Counted from the stretch's first letter, positions 1-9,858 are shown. The stretch is DNA of 64,000 nt from an uncultured Aquiluna sp. (GCA_964480885.1 CAYZRV010000002.1:55020-119019); one strand, 5' to 3'. Numbers and translations are program-made. The notes: a model not told the origin generated them from the sequence alone.

Positions 1-1729
1 GCTCAGAGTGGGATCCGATACCCACAATCCGTCCAGCCTCCAGAACGATGATTTGATCTGAATCCACGACTGTCGATAAGCGGTGAGCAATCACAACCAG
101 GGTTCGGTTTTGAGCAACTGCGTCGATTGCTTCCCTCATTCTTTGCTCATTTGGTCCATCGAGAGCACTGGTCGATTCGTCAAGTAAAAGGATTGGTGGT
201 TTTGCAAGTAGCGCTCTAGCAATCGCCAATCGCTGTCTTTCACCACCCGAGAGCATGATTCCGCTCTCTCCAACCTCAGCTTCTAATCCCTTGGTGTCTC
301 GATTCAGGACATCCATCAGATTTACCTGGCGAAGCACATCAACCAGCTCGTCCTCGGTGGCATCTGCCTTGCCGAGCAGCAGGTTGTCGCGAATGCTACC
401 GGCTAGCACTGGAGCGTCTTGTTCAACATATCCCAGCTGCTCCCTAAGGGTCTGGCGTGAAAATTCCGTAACGTCTTGCCCATCTAAGAGAATTTGACCA
501 GCGGTTGGTTCGTAGAACCTTTCGATAAGGGAGAAGATGGTTGACTTACCTGCTCCCGATGGCCCAACCAGAGCAACACGACTTCCACGTTCAATCTGAA
601 AACTCACCGAGGAGAGAATCTGCTTTGTCTCTACATCTTCAGCGGGGTAGTGGAATTCCACTTTTCTAAATTCAATTGCAGCAGTTGACTTCGCTGTTCT
701 CGTCGAAGATTCTTCACCAGTTTCCTCTTCATCCAGGACCATGATTTCTTGGATTCTGGCAAGTGCGCCGAGGGCTCCCATTACCGATGTGTATGCACCA
801 AAGGCAGAAATCAGGGGGCCAATCATGAAGAAAAGGAGGATCACAAAGGTCACAAGCGAAGAGATTGTTGTCGCACCTGTAGCGACTCGCAGGCCACCAA
901 GACCCAACACCACTATGAACGCAGTGTTGAAAGCCACCTGGGCTATGGGTGCTACAGCAGCTGAGAGCCTTGCAATGGAAAGCCCTTGGTCGTAGGCAGC
1001 CTCTGCATCCTTGTAGATTTCTTGCGATTCTCTCTCTTCGGCCCTAGACGCTCTGATTGTGCGAATAGCACTGAGCGCACGCTCAACGCTGGCCGACATC
1101 TGTCCGACCTTTTGCTGAGCCTTCGTAGTCGCACTTCTTATCTTTCGCCCGGTGAAGGCAATGGCACCCACTGCCACAAAGACAACCAGGAGTGTTGACC
1201 CAAGGAGCAGAGGGTCAATGAAGGCCATTACGATGATCGCGCCAAAGAACTGGAGCATTCCACCTAGCGCATCAACCAGACCCTGGGTGAGCACAGCTTT
1301 CAATAGCGTCGAGTCGGAGCCGACACGTGAAACTAGGTCACCAATTCTTCTCCGGTCGTATTGCCAAATCGGAAGCCTCAAAAGTCTTGCAACCAGAGAT
1401 TTCCTGGTGCTGAGAACAACTCCCTCACCTGTCTTATATAGAAGGTAGAACTGGAAGGCGTTTACCAGAGCGGACGAAACAATCAGCGCGACAATCGCGA
1501 GCGCTAGTGTCTGTATCTCCAAGTTCTGTTCAACGGCGCTAATCAGTTGGCCTATTAACAGAGGTTGCGCCAAAGCAAGTAGTGAACCGAACATCGAAAG
1601 CACAATCGCAAAGGTGAGGACTCTTCGATAGGGCCGAAGGTAGGGGAATAGGTCCTTTAGCTGAGCTCTAGGACCCTTATATTCTCTTGACCTTGGGTTT
1701 TGAGTTGGGTCTGAATAGTATTCGCTCAC
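1..1729 (-). CDS. ABC transporter, fused permease/ATP-binding exporter (MsbA/MDR-like); the C-terminus runs off the window start
   Basis: My own minus-strand translation from GTG at 1729 gives VSEYYSDPTQNPRSREYKGPRAQLKDLFPYLRPYRR... It has a multi-TM N-terminal half, then Walker A GPSGAGKST, ABC signature LSGGERQRLAIARALL and Walker B ILLLDESTSALD. It is absent from the ORF track because there is no stop inside the window. Confidence 0.85.
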   Translation of the reverse strand, partial: MSEYYSDPTQNPRSREYKGPRAQLKDLFPYLRPYRRVLTFAIVLSMFGSLLALAQPLLIGQLISAVEQNLEIQTLALAIVALIVSSALVNAFQFYLLYKTGEGVVLSTRKSLVARLLRLPIWQYDRRRIGDLVSRVGSDSTLLKAVLTQGLVDALGGMLQFFGAIIVMAFIDPLLLGSTLLVVFVAVGAIAFTGRKIRSATTKAQQKVGQMSASVERALSAIRTIRASRAEERESQEIYKDAEAAYDQGLSIARLSAAVAPIAQVAFNTAFIVVLGLGGLRVATGATTISSLVTFVILLFFMIGPLISAFGAYTSVMGALGALARIQEIMVLDEEETGEESSTRTAKSTAAIEFRKVEFHYPAEDVETKQILSSVSFQIERGSRVALVGPSGAGKSTIFSLIERFYEPTAGQILLDGQDVTEFSRQTLREQLGYVEQDAPVLAGSIRDNLLLGKADATEDELVDVLRQVNLMDVLNRDTKGLEAEVGESGIMLSGGERQRLAIARALLAKPPILLLDESTSALDGPNEQRMREAIDAVAQNRTLVVIAHRLSTVVDSDQIIVLEAGRIVGIGSHSE

Positions 1730-2581
1730 TTAGTTATCAACCTTCTCTTGGTGAAGTCCGTTCCCAAAAATCTCCTCATTGAGCAGGTAGTTGATTTCGG
1801 TGAACGCCAGGGCCTCAGTGTAGGCGGTATTTTTAGAAAATCTCTGATAGTCCAAATTCTTCAATGCAGCGGCGATACCCCTGTCTCTTACTTTGAGAAA
1901 CATCAGTGTTGTGTTTGGTTTGCGAGGAAAATCGGTAAGCACTTTCCCGCAGCCGTAACCGAAAACTCGAAGGGCTAAGTCTGCTTTTCTTGGTGTCGTT
2001 TTTTCTATGAGTCCATTGTTGGGAACGCGGATCTTTCCCCTTTGACCATCAGTTTTCTTCCAAATCTGAAAGCAAGTCCTGAGCCCGTTTTTTTCCCGGA
2101 TAGCCCGCCCTTGGTCATCCTCGTAGGAGACGAAGACATCTTTGTCTGCAATTTTTTCAAACCTTAGATCTAGGCGATTCTCCACGCTCCACTTTCTCCA
2201 AGACCTGGGAATAAGGAATGCGATGTAGTCGCTGAAATCCGAGGCGTGGTTAAAAAAGGGAATAGAAAGGGCATTGTTTCGGCCAAACGGTGGATTAGAA
2301 ATAGTCACAAATCCAAGACTTTCGGGTCGGTAAACCAAGAAATCCTTTTTTATTACGTCCTTATGTTTCGGAAAAAGATCAACGCTTAGGATTTCCTTCA
2401 CCCCTGCTTGTTGAAGAGCGGTAATAAAGCTGCCGTTACCACCAGCTGGTTCTAGAAACTTCCTCCTGGAGAAGTCAGGTATGTTCTGCTGAGTAAGTGC
2501 AACCAGCTCCTCAGCCAATTGAATTGGGGTGTAGAACTGTTCAGTTCCCGTGACTCGACGGTTGCCCAGTGGCTTAGACAC
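1730..2581 (-). CDS. TaqI-like (gamma-class) N6-adenine DNA methyltransferase, orphan
   Basis: 283-aa ORF with the ordered motifs FYTP, LEPAGGNGSF (SAM-binding motif I), DFL and NPPFG (motif IV). The stretch LEPAGGNGSF...DFLVYRPESLGFVTISNPPFG parallels M.TaqI LEPACAHGPF...[21 protein letters not shown] as I recall it. No restriction enzyme partner is visible. Confidence 0.65.
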   Translation of the reverse strand: MSKPLGNRRVTGTEQFYTPIQLAEELVALTQQNIPDFSRRKFLEPAGGNGSFITALQQAGVKEILSVDLFPKHKDVIKKDFLVYRPESLGFVTISNPPFGRNNALSIPFFNHASDFSDYIAFLIPRSWRKWSVENRLDLRFEKIADKDVFVSYEDDQGRAIREKNGLRTCFQIWKKTDGQRGKIRVPNNGLIEKTTPRKADLALRVFGYGCGKVLTDFPRKPNTTLMFLKVRDRGIAAALKNLDYQRFSKNTAYTEALAFTEINYLLNEEIFGNGLHQEKVDN

Positions 2582-2665
2582 CCCATCACCATATCAACAC
2601 ATCCAACGGAGTCAAAAGTAGTATTCTGGTCTGCTGCCCAGTGGGCTGAGATGGAGAAGCACTAA

Positions 2666-3607
2666 TTGGCGAATGCACCAACAAATGACATTGTCATTCG
2701 GGCAAAAGACTTAACAAAAAAGTACAAAGATTTCGTAGCTGTAGACGGTATTGACTTTGAGGTTAAGCGGGGAGAATCATTCGGACTCCTTGGTCCAAAC
2801 GGTGCCGGTAAGTCCACCACCATGAAGATGATCTCCTCTGTGTCGCAACGAACCAGTGGTGACTTGCAAATCCTAGGCAAAGAGCCCAATACTCACGGGC
2901 CAGAGATTCGTGCTCACTTAGGTGTTGTTCCGCAAAAAGACCTGCTCGATCGAGAGCTCAAGGTCTGGGAAAACATCTTTACCTACGGTCGCTACTTTGG
3001 CCTTCCAAGAAAGTGGCTAAAGGACAAGGTCACAGAACTGCTGGAGTTTGCCCAACTCACAGAAAAGCGCAACTCAAAAGCCGATGATCTCTCCGGTGGA
3101 ATGCAGCGAAGATTGGCAATCGCCAGGGGATTAGTCAATGAACCAGAGATCTTGATGCTTGATGAACCAACCACAGGCTTGGATCCTCAGGCACGTCACG
3201 TCCTCTGGGATCGGCTGTTCAGACTAAAAGAGCAGGGTGTGACACTCGTTATCACCACCCACTACATGGATGAAGCCGAGCAACTCTGTGATCGGCTTCT
3301 CGTTATGGACAAGGGCAAGATCATGGCTGAGGGATCTCCCGCGGAGCTCATCAAGAAGTTTTCGTCAAAGGAAGTTGTCGAGGTTCGATTCGGAACTGAC
3401 AAGAACGAAAAGATGGCCGACAAATTATCCGGAATGTCAGACCGAATTGAAGTTCTGCCTGATCGAATTTTGCTCTACACCGAAAAGGGCGAGGAGCTCT
3501 TGAGCAAGATTATCGAAGCTGGCATGCATCCGGTTACTTCTTTAGTTAGAAGAAGCTCGCTAGAGGATGTATTCCTCCGACTAACGGGAAGGACACTGGT
3601 CGACTAG
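2666..3607 (+). CDS. ABC transporter ATP-binding protein (ABC-2 exporter type, DrrA/NodI-like)
   Basis: Walker A GPNGAGKST, signature LSGGMQRRLAIARGL and Walker B ILMLDEPTTGLD. TTG start at 2666 with GGAG about 10 nt upstream. Confidence 0.9.
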   Translation: MANAPTNDIVIRAKDLTKKYKDFVAVDGIDFEVKRGESFGLLGPNGAGKSTTMKMISSVSQRTSGDLQILGKEPNTHGPEIRAHLGVVPQKDLLDRELKVWENIFTYGRYFGLPRKWLKDKVTELLEFAQLTEKRNSKADDLSGGMQRRLAIARGLVNEPEILMLDEPTTGLDPQARHVLWDRLFRLKEQGVTLVITTHYMDEAEQLCDRLLVMDKGKIMAEGSPAELIKKFSSKEVVEVRFGTDKNEKMADKLSGMSDRIEVLPDRILLYTEKGEELLSKIIEAGMHPVTSLVRRSSLEDVFLRLTGRTLVD

Positions 3608-4440
3608 TGTCTGATCTCAAGTTCAAGCCAGGTTCGGTAGTTGACCCGCAGAAAGCAATTCGCTGGGGAGCTCTGAGGGTTGCTGAATATCGATTCTTTT
3701 CCATGTCCAAGTGGCTGGGAGCAGTTGTTGCTTATGGACTAGGAAACCCAATTCTTTATTTGATTTCTGTGGGCTTGGGAATTGGTGCTCTGGTGGATGC
3801 CAATACTGGTGGGCAGGGAATCCTGGGGGTCAGCTACCTTCAGTTTGTTGCCCCAGCACTGCTGGCGTCAGCTGCGATCCAAGGCGTGATGGACGAAGTT
3901 ACCTTCCCTACGATGGACGGTTTTGTCTGGGACAAGCTCTTCTACGCAATCAATGCAACTTCCGTCTCCGCAGTACAGATTGCCAACGGTGTCATGATCG
4001 TTGCACTCGGTAGGGGACTATTCACAGTCTCTATGTACATTGCGGTGCTGCTGCTGTTTGGGGCCATTCCACTGACGAGTGTCCTTCCGCTAATCCTCAC
4101 CTCAATGCTGGCGGCTTGGGGTTGGGCTGCGCTCATGTTGGCTATCACAGCCAGGCTTGAAAAGGATGAGGGCTACTTCGCAATAATTGGTCGCTTTGTC
4201 ATAGCCCCGATGTTTCTTTTTTCAGGCACCTTTTACCCACTGGAGCTAATGCCCATCTATCTTCAACCCCTCGGATGGATTTCACCGCTCTGGCACTCGA
4301 CCCAGTTGGGTCGAACACTCAGCTATGGAGCTGAGATGGAACCCAGCATGCTACTAATTCACCTGGGTTACCTCGCGGTAATGGGAGTTGTCGGAATGGC
4401 TCTGACCTATCCAAAGTTTGTGCAGAGGTTGGGTCGATGA
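3607..4440 (+). CDS. ABC-2 type transporter permease (DrrB/NodJ-like)
   Basis: 277-aa polytopic membrane protein. Its GTG start overlaps the stop of the ATPase gene (TAGTG). Confidence 0.8.
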   Translation: MSDLKFKPGSVVDPQKAIRWGALRVAEYRFFSMSKWLGAVVAYGLGNPILYLISVGLGIGALVDANTGGQGILGVSYLQFVAPALLASAAIQGVMDEVTFPTMDGFVWDKLFYAINATSVSAVQIANGVMIVALGRGLFTVSMYIAVLLLFGAIPLTSVLPLILTSMLAAWGWAALMLAITARLEKDEGYFAIIGRFVIAPMFLFSGTFYPLELMPIYLQPLGWISPLWHSTQLGRTLSYGAEMEPSMLLIHLGYLAVMGVVGMALTYPKFVQRLGR

Positions 4441-5279
4441 TTACTCAAGCACTTTTGACTCAAGCTGTTGCAATTCAGGAAAAGCGTCGCAACAATCCAA
4501 CCGCTGCCATCTACTCGGGCCGGGCTCGAATTCTTATCGAACGAGCGGTCTACGCTGCAAAGAGTTCAAACTGGTTGGTCATATTTTCTGGATTCTTCGA
4601 GCCGGTTCTCTATCTGCTTGCTTTTGGTTTTGGCATTGGTCAGCTGATTGGAAACGTGACAGATGGCCAGGGAAACGCAGTTACCTATGCAGCATTTATT
4701 GCACCAGCGCTGCTAGCAACATCAGCTATGAATGGTGCGATTTACGACTCAACCTGGAATGTCTTTTTTAAGATGCACTTCGGCAAGATTTATCAGGTCA
4801 TGCTCTCTAGTTCTCTCGGACCACTGGATGTTGCGCTTGGAGAGATTTCATGGGCGCTTCTGAGGGGAGTTATGTATTCGGTTGGCTTCCTGGCAATCGT
4901 TACTCCCCTTGGTCTAATAACTGATGCGTGGGGATTGCTGGCAATTCCAGCTGCAACTTTGATTGCTTTTGGATTTTCTGCATTTGGGATGGCAATTACT
5001 TCTTATATGAAGTCATTCCAGCAAATGAACTGGGTTAACTTTTTCCTCCTGCCAATGTTCCTCTTCTCAGGCACCTTCTTCCCAATTAGCGTTTATCCAC
5101 AGTGGGTGCAGGTGATTGTTCAGGCACTGCCTCTTTGGCAGGGCGTTGAGCTGGTCCGCTCCCTGACCTTGGGAATAGTCCACTGGGGCCTTCTGTCTCA
5201 CGTCGCCTACTTCCTGGTCATGATTGTGGTCGGAATGTGGTTCACCACCATCAGGCTCAGAGCCCTATTTATGCGCTAG
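4437..5279 (+). CDS. ABC-2 type transporter permease, second subunit (DrrC-like)
   Basis: 280-aa polytopic membrane protein and a paralogue of the preceding permease. There is a 4-nt ATGA overlap with the upstream gene. Confidence 0.8.
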   Translation: MITQALLTQAVAIQEKRRNNPTAAIYSGRARILIERAVYAAKSSNWLVIFSGFFEPVLYLLAFGFGIGQLIGNVTDGQGNAVTYAAFIAPALLATSAMNGAIYDSTWNVFFKMHFGKIYQVMLSSSLGPLDVALGEISWALLRGVMYSVGFLAIVTPLGLITDAWGLLAIPAATLIAFGFSAFGMAITSYMKSFQQMNWVNFFLLPMFLFSGTFFPISVYPQWVQVIVQALPLWQGVELVRSLTLGIVHWGLLSHVAYFLVMIVVGMWFTTIRLRALFMR

Positions 5280-5280
5280 G

Positions 5281-5325
5281 GGAGCGGCCTCTATTCAATG
5301 TCGGTAGCCGCTCCTAGACTTTTAG
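5281..5325 (+). terminator. Candidate intrinsic terminator after the ABC-2 operon
   Basis: GGAGCGGC (5281-5288) pairs with GCCGCTCC (5307-5314) around an 18-nt loop, followed by TAGACTTTTAG. The loop is large and the U-tract is weak. Confidence 0.3.
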
Positions 5326-5346
5326 CATCACGTCCTTGGGGGCCAA

Positions 5347-8300
5347 TTGATCAAGCTTGTCCGAGCTGTTCTTGTTTTTGTCATTACTAGCGTCGTTGCT
5401 TTAGTTTCACCTCTTGCAGCCTTCGCAGAGTCAAATCGCACGACCTATATAGTGATGCCGGCAGAGGGTGCAGCAGCTGAACTAAGAAGTGCCATATCTA
5501 GCCTTGGCGAATATCCGGAAGATCAACTAAATCTGATTGATGACCTCTTTATTGTTGACCTTCTGCCTGAAGACGCCATCAAGTTAGCTGAGAGTGCGCT
5601 GGTAGCTTTCATAGAGGCTGACTCTATTGTTTCGATTACCGACAGTCAGACTCCAACTCCCTCCTGGGGACTTGATCGGATCGATGGTTACTTCGACAAT
5701 GCATTCAGCTATCCCAGCAAGTCTGGTGAAGGGGTAAAGGTTTATGTATTTGACACTGGAGTCGCTGGCGACCACCCAGATTTAGCTGGCAGGGTTTCAC
5801 AAGGTTTTGACGTCATCGGTAGTAACCAGGCAAACACTGACTGCCACTATCACGGAACTCACGTCGCAGGAACTATTGCTGGTTCCACATTTGGCCTTGC
5901 CAAGAATGCGGAGATTGTTCCAATTCGAGTTCTCGGCTGCACCGGATCCGGAAGCACGACTGGAATTCTTCGAGCAATCAACTGGACAATTGCAAATCAC
6001 CCCGCCTCCACTCCAGGTGTTGCAAACCTAAGTTTGGGCGGATCTAGAAATCTTTCGTTTAACGCGGCAATCGCCTCGATGGTTGACCGGGGAATCACAA
6101 CAGTTGTTGCAGCCGGTAATTCATATGCAGATGCCTGCAAATATTCACCAGCTTCTGCACCCGAAGCGATAACTGTGGGTGCCACCGACAGATTCGACAG
6201 CAAGGCAGCGTTCTCAAACTTCGGAGACTGCGTCGATGTCTTTGCTCCTGGAGTCTCCATTCCTTCGGCCAACGCTAGAAACTACGCAGCTCCAATTTCT
6301 CTCTCGGGAACCTCAATGGCATCTCCGCACGTTGCCGGAGTCGCGGCCCTAATACTGGGTGAAAGTCCAGCTGCCAGCACTGAGCAGGTCGAGGCTCAGA
6401 TCTATGCTCTGTCCCAACCCGGCGTCGTGAAGAATGCCAATACTGTTCGCGGCAATCGGATGGCGGTATCTCCTCCACAAAATTTCAAGCCAATTCCAAC
6501 ACTGCCTGGAGCACCTTCCGGTCTTCGAGTCTCGGAAACTGGTAGTGGATTTGTTGACTTCTCTTGGAACGTAGTTTCAGGAGCAAGCTCATACGAGGTT
6601 GAATTCCGTAAGGGAAGTCAGAACGTATTTACTCTCGCAACATCCAGCACCGCTGACTTTAGAGTTTCTGGACTCTCAGGAGGTGAGCTTGCTTACCTAA
6701 GAGTGCGCGCTGTCACCGATCTTGGGACAACGAAATTCAGTGCTTTGGTAAGTGGTAAGTCTCAGGTTCAGCCGCCTTCAGCACCACGAGAACTAAGGGT
6801 TGATGCCACATCGAAGACTGCCATGCGCCTTAGCTGGCAACCGCCAACATCACTTGGTGGAGCACTCAGCGTGCAGTATCGAGTTCAAATGAAGACCACT
6901 GGTGACTGGATGCAAATCAACTCTGGCCCAGCAACTTCAATTTCAATCTCAGACCTGCAGTTTGCCCACAGCTTCCGAGTTCTTGCCTTCCATGAGGGTG
7001 GCGCATCAGAATCTTCGGTTGAGGTCGTCTTTGATCCTGCCAAGGTCTATGTTGTTTCCTCTATTAGCTCAACAGTCAGCGGCAGAACTGCTGATGTTAT
7101 TTGGGTGTCTGATGCACCAGAGGGCACCGCACATGAGGTAAGTCTTACAAGAGTCGGTTCAACGTCACCTGAGCGAACCCAAACTGTTTCAACCAATTCG
7201 GTTCGATTTGAAAATCTATCTCGCATGACCAGCTACCGAGTGAGCATTATCCCACTTGCTGAGATTAGAGGATTCGGTCAGACTGCAACATTTGAAACTG
7301 GTGCAACTGCTCCCGAAGCACCAAGAGCAATCAGTGCACCAAAGCAGAGCTCTGGTTACCTGCTTAGGTTCGCCCAACCATCGGACAATGGTGGTTCGGC
7401 CATCACCACTTATCGTCTTGAGCAACTCGTCGGTGGAATTTGGACAAAGGTCCAAGAGTCATTGAGTCTTGAGTTCTCAGTGGCAGATCCTGCCAGAGGG
7501 CAGACCAGTGAGTATCGACTCATTGCTGTCAATGCAGTTGGGGAGTCGCCTGCAAGCTCGACTCTGCGCGTCTCAACGCCAGCTGATGTTGCTTCATCAC
7601 CTCAATCTCTCTCTGCGGTGCTGCAGGCAGACGGAAGGGTGCAGCTAAATTGGCTAGCACCCACTGATGACGGTGGAGCGCCTGTTACTCAATACAGGAT
7701 TGAAATTCTTCGCAACGGCGTCTGGTCAATGCTCGGCAGTGCTTCGCAACTGACCTACACGTACTCATCTCTAGCAAAGGGAACCCAGGCCAGCTTCAGA
7801 GTAACTGCGGTGAACCGCGCTGGAAGCTCACTTCCATCAAACACCGTTGAACTTTCCAGAGAAAAAACAGTCCCTGGAAATATCAGCAATCTCACCGCAG
7901 CGATCAAGGACGGCTACATCAACCTCAGCTGGGGAACTGTTTCGGATACAGGTGGGGGAACGATCTCCGGCTACACCCTCCAGCAACGAACTGGATCAAC
8001 TTGGGTTGACGTGATTACCAACACATCATCACTGAGTGCACAGATTGAAATTTCTGGACCAGGTCTAACTTTCACATATCGAGTCCTGGCAAATAATGAA
8101 GTGGGACAGTCCGCGAGTGGCAATGAAAGAATAATCACCACCCCCTATCTGCCAGCTTCAGCTCCCCAGAACTTCAATTACCAGGTTGAAGGCAATCGAA
8201 TCAAGTTCAACTGGGACCGCGCCGAGTCATCTGGTGGAAGCGTCACCACCTTCTACGTGATAAGTGTTTCAGATGACGGGGTGACGTATCGTCCTGTAAG

Positions 8301-9858
8301 CACAGTCCGTGCAACTGAGACTGCTGCGTATGACACTCGACCAGTTCGAGGCCAGGCACGGCTCTACCGAATTAATGCTGTGACACAACACTTTGGTAAT
8401 GGAACTCCTTCCGACGCACTCGGAGTATTGCTTCCTGCCATCGCACCCGAAGATCCCGCATTGCTCACTGCAAAGGTAGTTCAGGGCGAGGGCATAGTCC
8501 TTACTTGGACCAAACCAAATAGCGATGGCGGGGCGGAAGTAACTGGATATCGCATTGAAGTTAGACGCGGAAGCACCTGGTCGCTGGTTGGAGAAAGTGC
8601 AGAATTGAGCTTCGTGGCACCATTTGGCAGTGCTGGAGAGTCTCTGGTTCACCGAGTCTTGGCAACCAATGCTGCCGGTAACTCACTTGGGTTAAGAACA
8701 GTTACAACCCAGATGGGTATCGCACCTGCAACTGCTCCACAGTCACTGAGTGCCAGCGTGGTGAGCGGTCGTTTGGTTATTACTTGGATTGCGCCAGAAG
8801 TCATGGGTGGAAGATTCTCCTACTACGAGATTCAGCACCTTGATGGTGGGGCGTTCAAGCGACTGGCAATATCTTCCACAACTACTTTAAGGACCACAAT
8901 CCCTGGCCCAGGCCAGAGCAAGGTGTTCAGGGTTGCTGCCTTTACGAACGCAGGAGTCGGAGCATTCTCTTCGGAGATTGAATATGCAACTGCAAAGGTT
9001 GTGCCTAGCACGCCGTCACTAGTCAGCATGAGGTCATCGGCAGCCACTAATACAATCACCTGGAGATCCTCCAGCATCAACGCCGGTGGAGGAACCGTAG
9101 ATAAGGCAGTTCTCTACCGAGAGGAAAACGGGAACTGGGTAGAGATCGCACAGGCCGATGCCAAAGCAGACACTCTCTCATTTGCCAACGATCTTTATGG
9201 CACGACTCAGAGGTATGTGTTGCGAATCACCAATGAGGTTGGTGAGTCAGCAAATTCAAGAGTCACAACTCTCCGCCACGCATTCGCTGTCACGTCCCAA
9301 GCCACGAATCTTTCCCTTAGGGAAGAGGGCACCAGGCTTAGGCTGAGTTGGTCCACCCCCGAGTTTTTAGGTGGCTCAAACCCTAGCTATGCAGACATTC
9401 AAGTCAGCGAAGATGGAACCAACTGGCGCAGGGCAACCTTCATTCGCTACGCAGAATCCGCTCTAGTTTCAATGCCGCTAAAGGGAAGGAACATCAGCTA
9501 TCGGGTGATAGTTCGTAATGCGGCTGGAGAATCACTTCCTTCAGAGGCGGTGAGCTTCTATAACCCGTTGACTGCACCAAGTTCTAACTTCTCAGCCTCC
9601 GCATCGAGATCCGGTAGCAATGTAGTCTTCAGAATCTCGGCACCGTCCGACTTCGGTGGCTACTCGGAGTTGGCCATTCGAATTGAACAGCAGGGAACAT
9701 TGGCCTGGCAGTCGAGCGATGAGTACGTCCTTGTGAGGCCACGCGGCAGCTCGAGCTTCAGCTTGCCGCTGCCATCAGCAAGAGGCACCTACGTCTATCG
9801 AGTGTCGATTTCTAACCCCAGTGGTGAGGTCGAAAGAACGGTTACCTTCCGGTACTAG
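5347..9858 (+). CDS. Secreted subtilisin-like (S8) serine protease with I9-like propeptide and 12 tandem fibronectin type III-like domains
   Basis: Signal peptide MIKLVRAVLVFVITSVVALVSPLAAFA/ES. Catalytic triad contexts are VFDTGV (D136), HGTHVAGT (H169) and GTSMASPHVAG (S323). From about aa 388, twelve repeats of ~93 aa carry the FN3 hallmarks (P..P..L, W..P.d.GG..I..Y, Y.frV.A.N..G.S). Confidence 0.85.
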   Translation: MIKLVRAVLVFVITSVVALVSPLAAFAESNRTTYIVMPAEGAAAELRSAISSLGEYPEDQLNLIDDLFIVDLLPEDAIKLAESALVAFIEADSIVSITDSQTPTPSWGLDRIDGYFDNAFSYPSKSGEGVKVYVFDTGVAGDHPDLAGRVSQGFDVIGSNQANTDCHYHGTHVAGTIAGSTFGLAKNAEIVPIRVLGCTGSGSTTGILRAINWTIANHPASTPGVANLSLGGSRNLSFNAAIASMVDRGITTVVAAGNSYADACKYSPASAPEAITVGATDRFDSKAAFSNFGDCVDVFAPGVSIPSANARNYAAPISLSGTSMASPHVAGVAALILGESPAASTEQVEAQIYALSQPGVVKNANTVRGNRMAVSPPQNFKPIPTLPGAPSGLRVSETGSGFVDFSWNVVSGASSYEVEFRKGSQNVFTLATSSTADFRVSGLSGGELAYLRVRAVTDLGTTKFSALVSGKSQVQPPSAPRELRVDATSKTAMRLSWQPPTSLGGALSVQYRVQMKTTGDWMQINSGPATSISISDLQFAHSFRVLAFHEGGASESSVEVVFDPAKVYVVSSISSTVSGRTADVIWVSDAPEGTAHEVSLTRVGSTSPERTQTVSTNSVRFENLSRMTSYRVSIIPLAEIRGFGQTATFETGATAPEAPRAISAPKQSSGYLLRFAQPSDNGGSAITTYRLEQLVGGIWTKVQESLSLEFSVADPARGQTSEYRLIAVNAVGESPASSTLRVSTPADVASSPQSLSAVLQADGRVQLNWLAPTDDGGAPVTQYRIEILRNGVWSMLGSASQLTYTYSSLAKGTQASFRVTAVNRAGSSLPSNTVELSREKTVPGNISNLTAAIKDGYINLSWGTVSDTGGGTISGYTLQQRTGSTWVDVITNTSSLSAQIEISGPGLTFTYRVLANNEVGQSASGNERIITTPYLPASAPQNFNYQVEGNRIKFNWDRAESSGGSVTTFYVISVSDDGVTYRPVSTVRATETAAYDTRPVRGQARLYRINAVTQHFGNGTPSDALGVLLPAIAPEDPALLTAKVVQGEGIVLTWTKPNSDGGAEVTGYRIEVRRGSTWSLVGESAELSFVAPFGSAGESLVHRVLATNAAGNSLGLRTVTTQMGIAPATAPQSLSASVVSGRLVITWIAPEVMGGRFSYYEIQHLDGGAFKRLAISSTTTLRTTIPGPGQSKVFRVAAFTNAGVGAFSSEIEYATAKVVPSTPSLVSMRSSAATNTITWRSSSINAGGGTVDKAVLYREENGNWVEIAQADAKADTLSFANDLYGTTQRYVLRITNEVGESANSRVTTLRHAFAVTSQATNLSLREEGTRLRLSWSTPEFLGGSNPSYADIQVSEDGTNWRRATFIRYAESALVSMPLKGRNISYRVIVRNAAGESLPSEAVSFYNPLTAPSSNFSASASRSGSNVVFRISAPSDFGGYSELAIRIEQQGTLAWQSSDEYVLVRPRGSSSFSLPLPSARGTYVYRVSISNPSGEVERTVTFRY

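Noticed and set aside
255-1448. Several plus-strand ORFs of 60-98 aa (255-497, 741-995, 986-1198, 1152-1448)
   Set aside because: All lie antisense to a continuous minus-strand ABC exporter reading frame with clear Walker A, signature and Walker B motifs. Their S/R/P-rich low-complexity translations are typical shadow ORFs.
1-9858. A possible lantibiotic/RiPP-type cluster (LanT-like fused ABC exporter, LanFEG-like ATPase plus two ABC-2 permeases, LanP-like S8 protease)
   Set aside because: No precursor-peptide ORF and no LanB/LanC/LanM, cyclodehydratase or radical-SAM gene is present. The intergenic spaces are too short to hide one. The protease is a 1503-aa FN3-rich exoprotein rather than a LanP-type enzyme. 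The resemblance is only at the level of very common protein families, although genes upstream of the window cannot be excluded.
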